A stretch of 64,000 nt of DNA from an uncultured Anaerolineales bacterium (GTDB lineage Bacteria > Chloroflexota > Anaerolineae > Anaerolineales > UBA11858), in NCBI GenBank assembly GCA_964613985.1, contig CAZTJD010000007.1:15507-79506 (forward strand), given 5' to 3'. The stretch's first letter is position 1; each line of letters begins with the position of its first letter. This document shows, piece by piece, positions 56,152 to 64,000 of the stretch. The position numbers and the translations under genes are program-made. The notes under the pieces were generated by a model, which was not told the origin of the DNA, made no database searches, and saw only the letters and a list, made by a program, of their open reading frames with translations.

Positions 56152-57555
56152 TCACCTGATAAATATTCTTGGATCCGTTATCCTGCCAGTGACCGCCGCT
56201 GCCGCCGCACTGAGGGGGCTTGCTAGAAATGTTCGCCCTCCTTTGCCCTGACGGCCCTCGAAGTTACGGTTGCTGGTGCTAATCGCATATTGTCCGGGCA
56301 TTAGCTGATCCCCATTCATTGCGATACACATACTGCAGCCAGCAAACCGCCATTCTCCACCTGCTTTCCGAACGATTTGGTCGATTCCCTCCGCCTCGGC
56401 CTGGGCTCGGACGACCTCAGATCCAGGTACTACGATCAAACGCACCCCTTCGGCAATCCTTCTATTTTTCAAAATTGAAGCTGCCATCCTCAAATCAGAA
56501 ATCCTCCCGTTCGTACAGCTCCCAATAAAAACTACATCGACTGTCTGCCCTGCCAGGGATTCTCCTGGTTCCAGTCCCATATAGGATAATGCCTTCTGCA
56601 GGGATTCCCGGCCTTGGCTGGTTGGTTCATCTTCAGGCTTTGGAACCAGCCCTGTTATCGGAATACCCATCCCCGGATTGGTCCCGAAGGTGATCATTGG
56701 ATCAAGGTTGGAGATATCAATTGAGACGTCTTTTTCGTAAGCTGCCCTCGGATCAGTTGGTAAATTTCTCCATGTTTCGAGCGCTCTTTCCCATAATTCC
56801 CCTTTAGGGGAGTGAGGTTTATTTTTAAGATAAGAAAAGGTGACCTCATCTGGCGCAATCAATCCTGCCCGGGCACCAGCCTCAATAGTCATATTGCATA
56901 GAGTCATCCTGGCTTCCATATCCAGGTTGCGCACTGCAGCGCCTGTAAATTCAATGACATAACCGGTCCCACCACCAATTCCGATTTCAGAGATCAAGGC
57001 CAGGATCATGTCTTTGGCAGTTGCCCCAGATGGCGGTACACCTCGAAATTCAACCCGGCAGGTTTTCGGTTTGTCCTGGAGCAAACATTGGGTAGCTAGA
57101 ACATGTTCGACCTCGCTCGTACCAATACCAAAAGCAAGGGCTCCAAATGCGCCGTGAGTGGATGTATGGCTGTCTCCGCAAACGATGGTCATTCCTGGCT
57201 GCGTGAATCCCTGCTCTGGACCTACCACATGAACGATTCCTCGTTTATCACTCGAAAGATCAAAGAGTTTAATTCCGAAATCCCGGCAATTACCCTCAAA
57301 ATGCTGAATTTGTCTTGCAGACATTTCGTCGACAAGGTCGAGTGATAAGCCAATCGTGGGAGTGGAGTGGTCCATGGTCGCAATCGTCCGATCAGGTCTT
57401 TTTACCCACAAGCCTTTCTCTCGTAGTCCATTAAACGCCTGGGGAGACGTTACCTCGTGGACCAGGTGCAGATCTATGTATATTACTGCAGGAGACTCTG
57501 CCTCCTGCAGTACGACATGGTTCTCCCATATCTTCTCAAAGAGTGTTTTTGGCAT
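56152..57555 (-). CDS. leuC: 3-isopropylmalate dehydratase large subunit
   Basis: [45 protein letters not shown]. Start at ATG 57555 with AAGGA RBS. Confidence 0.97.
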   Translation of the reverse strand: MPKTLFEKIWENHVVLQEAESPAVIYIDLHLVHEVTSPQAFNGLREKGLWVKRPDRTIATMDHSTPTIGLSLDLVDEMSARQIQHFEGNCRDFGIKLFDLSSDKRGIVHVVGPEQGFTQPGMTIVCGDSHTSTHGAFGALAFGIGTSEVEHVLATQCLLQDKPKTCRVEFRGVPPSGATAKDMILALISEIGIGGGTGYVIEFTGAAVRNLDMEARMTLCNMTIEAGARAGLIAPDEVTFSYLKNKPHSPKGELWERALETWRNLPTDPRAAYEKDVSIDISNLDPMITFGTNPGMGIPITGLVPKPEDEPTSQGRESLQKALSYMGLEPGESLAGQTVDVVFIGSCTNGRISDLRMAASILKNRRIAEGVRLIVVPGSEVVRAQAEAEGIDQIVRKAGGEWRFAGCSMCIAMNGDQLMPGQYAISTSNRNFEGRQGKGGRTFLASPLSAAAAAVTGRITDPRIFIR

Positions 57556-57578
57556 AGAAATCTGTAGAGATATCCTTG

Positions 57579-57800
57579 CTAGTCGTCGACACTCCAGTTT
57601 TTCGGATATGTTCGTGGTTTCGGGAATTTTTCCGGATGCCACTCAATATTATTGGCATCCTCATGTTGAAGAACTTCCTCCCCGTCGCCGGAACAATGCC
57701 TGTTTGTCGACACCAGTGCTGAACCATCCCAGGAATTTGGGAAGGTTCTTGGTTTAGGGAAATCCTCAGGTCTCCATTCAGATTGTTTTTTCTTATCCAT
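57579..57800 (-). CDS. Small hypothetical protein with a duplicated 17-aa W/P-rich motif
   Basis: 73 aa, GAGGAG RBS 7 nt before the ATG. Repeats [17 protein letters not shown] and [17 protein letters not shown] are 12/17 identical, with many synonymous codon differences. Confidence 0.8.
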   Translation of the reverse strand: MDKKKQSEWRPEDFPKPRTFPNSWDGSALVSTNRHCSGDGEEVLQHEDANNIEWHPEKFPKPRTYPKNWSVDD

Positions 57801-57887
57801 CTTATTCTCCTCTTCAAATCATACCGGTCAATAAAATCAAAACCTTTAAATTCTTTTTCCAAGCCTGCTTTACCGTGCCATCTAAGT

Positions 57888-59540
57888 TTATAGCGTTATT
57901 GGGATCTCTGTTGTCTTCTTCGCTTTTCCATAACGCCTGCTGGCAGCCAACAGTTTATTAAGAGCTGCCAAGTATGCTTTTGCTGCTGCTACGATAATGT
58001 CCGTATCTGTGCTATGTCCGCCAAATGTCCGTCTGTGCGTTTGCCCATCCTGTGGCGAGGTGCGATGCGGTACAGCCCCATTCTCAGCTTGCAATCTCAC
58101 TGTTACTTCACCCAAAGCATCAATCCCCTCCGTGATCGCTCTGATTGAAAACTCCAGTAGGGTATTGCGCACCTGAACGATCTCATCAATAGCCTTATAC
58201 GCTGCGTCCACTGGACCAGTACCAATTGCTGCCTGAACTTTTAATTCGCCATCCGGTCCTATCAGTCGAACAGTAGCCGTTGGCATTCCAATAGTCCCGC
58301 AAGCGACCTGAAGCCCATCCATGCTAAAAATTTCCTGTGGTTGGTATATCTCATCTGAAACCAATGCTTCTAGGTCTGCGTCTGTGATTGCCTTCTTTTT
58401 ATCCGCCAGGTCCTTAAACCGGGAAAATGTCTGATCAAGTTCTTCCTCGTTTAGGTCAAATCCCAACTCATCCAATCGTACCCGTAAAGCATGTCGACCC
58501 GAATGTTTTCCCAATACCAGTGTGGATTTTTGCAATCCCACGGTTTCGGGCTGCATGATCTCGTATGTTGCCTGGTTCTTAAGTAAACCATCCTGGTGGA
58601 TACCCGCTTCATGGGCAAATGCATTAGCACCTACAATTGCTTTATTAGGTTGCACGGAAATCCCGGTATAATTCGACACCATTCGACTCACCCGGGCAAT
58701 CTGTGTGGTGTCGATCCCTGTCTCCAAACCGAGGACAGCCCGTCGGGTATGTAAAATCATCGCAACTTCCTCTAAGGAGGTGTTACCAGCCCGTTCACCA
58801 ATACCATTGATGGTCACTTCAGCCTGTCGTGCTCCAGCTCGAATGCCTGCCAGAGTATTTGCGGTTGCCAGTCCAAGGTCATCGTGACAATGTACAGCTA
58901 GGACGACCTTCTCAATGCCTGGAGTGTTTTCTACGATTCCGGCAATTAACGCCCCGAATTCGCTTGGTGTTGTGTATCCGACCGTATCAGGAATATTAAT
59001 CGTCGTTGCTCCGGACTTGATCGCTTCCCCGATAACCAGGTATAGGAACTCTGGATCGCTACGGCCTGCGTCCTCAGGAGAGAATTGGACATCCTCACAG
59101 TATTTTTTCGTGTAAGCCACCATTTCTTGAGTTCGTTCTACAACTTCTTCCGGATCCATCTTTAGCTTATAACGCATATGAATAGGTGAAGTAGCCAGGA
59201 ATGTGTGTATCCGTGGACGGGAAGCATATTGGACAGCTTCCCAAGCAGCATCGATATCCGATTTCGTTGCCCGTGCCAAACCACAAATGATGGGTACTGA
59301 TCGGGAAATGATAGATACACCTGGGCTTGGATTACCAACATCCACTGCAATCCGTCTGACAGCCTCAAGATCATCAGGAGAGGCAGCAGGGAAACCAGCC
59401 TCAATCACATCTACTCCCAGTCGCGCTAGAGAATGGGCGATCTCCACCTTCTCCACAGACGTCAGCGTAGCCCCTGGCGATTGTTCTCCATCCCGCAGAG
59501 TAGTGTCGAAAATAGCGACATAATTAGGGTGCATATTCAT
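57888..59540 (-). CDS. leuA: 2-isopropylmalate synthase
   Basis: [52 protein letters not shown]-terminal regulatory domain. Confidence 0.96.
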   Translation of the reverse strand: MNMHPNYVAIFDTTLRDGEQSPGATLTSVEKVEIAHSLARLGVDVIEAGFPAASPDDLEAVRRIAVDVGNPSPGVSIISRSVPIICGLARATKSDIDAAWEAVQYASRPRIHTFLATSPIHMRYKLKMDPEEVVERTQEMVAYTKKYCEDVQFSPEDAGRSDPEFLYLVIGEAIKSGATTINIPDTVGYTTPSEFGALIAGIVENTPGIEKVVLAVHCHDDLGLATANTLAGIRAGARQAEVTINGIGERAGNTSLEEVAMILHTRRAVLGLETGIDTTQIARVSRMVSNYTGISVQPNKAIVGANAFAHEAGIHQDGLLKNQATYEIMQPETVGLQKSTLVLGKHSGRHALRVRLDELGFDLNEEELDQTFSRFKDLADKKKAITDADLEALVSDEIYQPQEIFSMDGLQVACGTIGMPTATVRLIGPDGELKVQAAIGTGPVDAAYKAIDEIVQVRNTLLEFSIRAITEGIDALGEVTVRLQAENGAVPHRTSPQDGQTHRRTFGGHSTDTDIIVAAAKAYLAALNKLLAASRRYGKAKKTTEIPITL

Positions 59541-59562
59541 AGTAAATAATAAAATCCACTGA

Positions 59563-60621
<1,059 letters not shown>

Positions 60622-60627
60622 CTAGGT

Positions 60628-61161
60628 TCAAACACGCACTTTCTCTTCTTTATGTCCGTTGGTCCCTGGCGTGTAGCGGATACCATCCCTGGTCCCCCGC
60701 ATCATTGCGACCTGTCCGGTTCTCACCATTTCTAAAATCCCTATGGGGCGCAATAACTCGACCAATCCCTCAATTTTGTCCTCTGTCCCTGCAATTTCTA
60801 CAATCACGGATTTCTTGGCAACATCAACTATTTTTGCCCGGAATATATCGGTCAGGCTGGCGACCTCCGCTCGCTTTTCGGGGGGACATTTAACCTTGAT
60901 TAATGCCAGGTCTCGAGCAATTGCGGGTTGGTTGGTAACGTCCTGTACATCAATCACATTGACCAGCTTGTACAGATTTGCTTCTACCTGTCTGGCATCT
61001 ACTTGGTTATCGGTCACGATGGTCATTCGCGAAATCTCCGGGTGTTCAGTTTGTCCTACACTCAATGATTCAATGTTAAAGTTACGCCGCCGAAACAATG
61101 AAGCAACCCGGTTGAGTACACCAGGTTTATTTTCAACGAGAGCGATCATTGTATGTTGCAT
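60628..61161 (-). CDS. ilvN: Acetolactate synthase small (regulatory) subunit
   Basis: ENKPGVLNRVASLFRRRNFNIESL, SRMTI, RDLALIKV, EMVRTG. Confidence 0.96.
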   Translation of the reverse strand: MQHTMIALVENKPGVLNRVASLFRRRNFNIESLSVGQTEHPEISRMTIVTDNQVDARQVEANLYKLVNVIDVQDVTNQPAIARDLALIKVKCPPEKRAEVASLTDIFRAKIVDVAKKSVIVEIAGTEDKIEGLVELLRPIGILEMVRTGQVAMMRGTRDGIRYTPGTNGHKEEKVRV

Positions 61162-61233
61162 GTTATCCTCCTTGAGGGGGGGTAATTCGCTTCACTAAGC
61201 TATACTGTTGACAACTTGTAAGCTCTTTATCCA

Positions 61234-62949
61234 TCAATCACCTACCATTGTTGGTTTTACAGGTCTGCGGATCATATCGTCCAAATCTGCTCCAGTAGCG
61301 ACCATCGGGTAAACAGATTCCTCTTTTTCAACACGGAAATCAAGCAGCACTGGACCATTTGTATGTTGTGCGAACGCAATTGCAGGGTAGACATCTTCTG
61401 TTTTTTCTACTCGACGAGATGGGATTCCGTGGGCTTCGCCAATCTTGACGAAATCCGGTCCTTTAATCGACGTAGCTGCGTAGCGCTTATCGAAGAAAAA
61501 CTCCTGCCATTGCCTCACCATACCCAGGAATTGGTTGTTCATGATCGAAATTTTAATGTTCGCGTTTTCTTGTCGGGCGGTAGCCAATTCAGCTTGGGTC
61601 ATCTGGAAACTCCCATCACCATCAATTAACCAGATATCTCGTTCTTTATAGGCGAACCAGGCGCCAATCGCTCCGGGTAAACCAAATCCCATCGTTCCCG
61701 CACCACCAGAAGTGATTAGGCGAAACGGGTGCTCAAATCGATAATATTGCGCCGTCCACATCTGGTGTTGGCCTACACCGGTTACCACAACTGCATCCCC
61801 ATCGGTTGCATTCCAGATGTCATGGATGATATGAGAGGTATGAAGTTTGCCATCATCAGGCCATGTAAGGATGTTTCGAGCTTCTGTTTCATGCTTCCAC
61901 TGCTGGATTTGATCCAACCAAATATCATGATCATATTCATCGACCATTGGAATTAAATCCCTCAGTACAGTCTTCAAATCCCCCATCAAGGCAACATCAA
62001 CACGCACATTCTTATGGACCTCCGATGGGTCAATTTCAATCTGGATCTTTTGTGACCGCGTCGCATATGTGCGCAAATTCCCAGTCACTCGATCGTCAAA
62101 CCGCATACCAAAAGCCAATAATAAATCCGCATTTTGAATAGCATTGTTTGCATAAGCTTCTCCATGCATCCCCATCATATCCAGGCTCAGTGGATGGGAT
62201 GTAGGCATTGCACCCAAACCAAGCAAGGTCATTGCGACTGGAGTTTTGGTTTTCACTGCGAAGGTACGCAGTTCCTCTACTGCACCAGACATAAACACAC
62301 CGTGCCCGGCAAGGATGACAGGACGTTCTGCCTGTTCAATGAGTTCGACAGCGTTTTCAAGCATCTTCCTCGGCGCACGAGTTTGTGGTCGGTAGCCCGG
62401 CAGGGAGAGGTTTTCAGGATATTCATATGTTGTGGTTGCAATTTGAGCATCCTTGCAGATATCAATCAGGACAGGACCAGGACGCCCGCTTCTGGCGATA
62501 TGGAATGCTTCCCTAACAACTGTGGCGATCTCATTTGCCTGAGTTACCAGGAAATTGTGCTTCGTAATCGGTAAAGTGATCCCCGTTACATCAACTTCCT
62601 GGAAAGCATCGCCACCAACCAGGTTCGAAGCAACTTGACCTGTAATACAAACAATTGGCGAGGAATCCAACATGGCTGTTGCAATCCCAGTTACCAGATT
62701 GGTTGCCCCTGGCCCTGAGGTTGCCAATGCCACTCCCACCTTTCCAGACGCCCGTGCATACCCGTCCGCAGCGTGAGCAGCTCCCTGTTCGTGTCGAGTG
62801 AGTACATGGTGAACAGGATATTCCAGCATCACATCATGCACTGGCATAATCGCACCACCTGGATATCCAAAAACTACTTCCACCCCTTCCCGTAACAAAC
62901 ATTCCCATAAAATTTCAGCACCCGTTTTCTTCACATATAACTCCTTCAT
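61234..62949 (-). CDS. ilvB: Acetolactate synthase large subunit
   Basis: FGYPGGAIMP, RHEQGA, TSGPGATN, GQHQMW, GDGSFQM...NN TPP motif. Confidence 0.97.
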   Translation of the reverse strand: MKELYVKKTGAEILWECLLREGVEVVFGYPGGAIMPVHDVMLEYPVHHVLTRHEQGAAHAADGYARASGKVGVALATSGPGATNLVTGIATAMLDSSPIVCITGQVASNLVGGDAFQEVDVTGITLPITKHNFLVTQANEIATVVREAFHIARSGRPGPVLIDICKDAQIATTTYEYPENLSLPGYRPQTRAPRKMLENAVELIEQAERPVILAGHGVFMSGAVEELRTFAVKTKTPVAMTLLGLGAMPTSHPLSLDMMGMHGEAYANNAIQNADLLLAFGMRFDDRVTGNLRTYATRSQKIQIEIDPSEVHKNVRVDVALMGDLKTVLRDLIPMVDEYDHDIWLDQIQQWKHETEARNILTWPDDGKLHTSHIIHDIWNATDGDAVVVTGVGQHQMWTAQYYRFEHPFRLITSGGAGTMGFGLPGAIGAWFAYKERDIWLIDGDGSFQMTQAELATARQENANIKISIMNNQFLGMVRQWQEFFFDKRYAATSIKGPDFVKIGEAHGIPSRRVEKTEDVYPAIAFAQHTNGPVLLDFRVEKEESVYPMVATGADLDDMIRRPVKPTMVGD

Positions 62950-62997
62950 CCAAACAAACCATTAATCAAGAGGCATTGGACCTCACTCTAATTTGAT

Positions 62998-63999
62998 TCA
63001 AATCAAAACAGCGCCTTGATTCGCGCTGGAGACCATCCTGGCATAACGCCTCAACCAAGGACTCTGGCTCTTTATCTCATGAACGGGTAGTTCTGCCAAC
63101 CTGCGCTGGATTTCGGTATCATCCATTTGCACATCAATTGAAGAAGCGTCCAGGTCAATCATGATTAAATCTCCCTCTCTTAGCGCAGCTATCGGACCCC
63201 GAGCTGCAGCCTCTGGGCTGATGTGCCCGACACACAACCCTCTTGTTCCCCCCGAAAACCGCCCATCGGTGATTAAAGCAACTTTATCAACAAGATCCAT
63301 CCCCATCAACGCTGAAGTTGGCGAGAGCATTTCTTGCATTCCCGGCCCCCCTCGTGGGCCTTCACAACGTGTCACAATCACATCACCAGCTTGTATTTCT
63401 TGATTGATGATAGCCTTCATGGTGCTTTCCTGATTCTCGAAAATACGCGCTGGCCCGACATGACGTCTCATTGCAGGGTGAACCCCGGCCGTTTTCACAA
63501 CACCCCCGTCAGGAGCCAGGTTCCCAAATAATATAGATAAACCACCCGTGTTTGAATGCGGTTGGTCGAACGGTCGGATTACTTCATAATCTCGGATGGT
63601 CATTCCCTTTATCGTCTCACGAAGGGAAGCGCCGCTTACCGTTACCCGATCCATATGCAGCACACTGGAGATCTCATTGAGAATTGCCGGCACACCGCCA
63701 GCTCGATGAACATCCTCCATGTGCCACTCCCCAGAAGGGCTGACCTTGGTCAAATGAGGCACTTTCTTAGCAATTTCATTTATTCGCTGCAGGTGATATA
63801 CAATCCCTGCTTCATGAGCAAAAGCCAAAGTGTGCAGTATGGTATTCGTGCTTCCACCCATCGCCATGTCCAGGGCAAAAGCATCATCAATTGCCTCAAT
63901 GGTCACAATCCTTCTAGGAGTTAAGTCTTTGAAAACCAAATCCATGATTTTTGTAGCTGCTTTTACAGCCATCACCTCTCGCTCGTCGCTGAGGGCTAA
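62998..63999 (-). CDS. ilvD: Dihydroxy-acid dehydratase (5' part outside window)
   Basis: MGGSTNT.LH, GNLAP.G.V.K, EGP.GGPGM.EML, TDGRFSG, GH.SPEAA. Confidence 0.96.
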   Translation of the reverse strand, partial: LALSDEREVMAVKAATKIMDLVFKDLTPRRIVTIEAIDDAFALDMAMGGSTNTILHTLAFAHEAGIVYHLQRINEIAKKVPHLTKVSPSGEWHMEDVHRAGGVPAILNEISSVLHMDRVTVSGASLRETIKGMTIRDYEVIRPFDQPHSNTGGLSILFGNLAPDGGVVKTAGVHPAMRRHVGPARIFENQESTMKAIINQEIQAGDVIVTRCEGPRGGPGMQEMLSPTSALMGMDLVDKVALITDGRFSGGTRGLCVGHISPEAAARGPIAALREGDLIMIDLDASSIDVQMDDTEIQRRLAELPVHEIKSQSPWLRRYARMVSSANQGAVLI

Positions 64000-64000
64000 G

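Noticed and set aside
57536-57862. 108-aa alternative-frame ORF between leuA and leuC
   Set aside because: It overlaps the leuC start, has no clear RBS or motif, and the nested 73-aa frame has both an RBS and a conserved internal repeat.

Overview
Bacterial chromosomal window with ordinary housekeeping context. The proteins and gene set suggest an anaerobic Chloroflexota (Anaerolineae-like) genome; this is inferred from protein style and was not searched. Left to right: prfA-prmC-tsaC; a YheO-type regulator with a TrpP-like ECF transporter and a tryptophanase; a yhhQ-type transporter, tsaD and an M24 peptidase; a squalene/phytoene synthase-like gene; selA; a phosphotransferase pseudogene; a stand-alone dnaA; an AI-2E transporter, sortase and pentapeptide protein; fabH and fabF; patatin; an ECF sigma factor with a zinc anti-sigma; Fur/PerR-ferritin-rubrerythrin; a tungsten-type AOR with a MoaD-like carrier; an IS256 remnant; yyaL; tex; a cbpA-like DnaJ; and at the right end an ilvD-ilvB-ilvN-ilvC-leuA-(small ORF)-leuC-leuD-cimA-leuB-ilvE-pheA cluster. 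The standout is a lone 12.7-kb NRPS gene (37806-50501, minus strand) with architecture C-A-T-ST-C-A-T-C-A-T-ST-TE. It embeds two ~82% identical CurM/olefin-synthase-like sulfotransferase (ST) domains in a pure peptide assembly line, has unusual A-domain pockets and an enlarged cationic TE lid, and has no accessory genes nearby. It is a candidate pathway for a sulfated or sulfate-eliminated tripeptide. A second, smaller novelty is a 73-aa protein with a duplicated WxPExFPKPRTxPxxW motif inside the leu operon. No rRNA, tRNA or CRISPR array was seen by eye.
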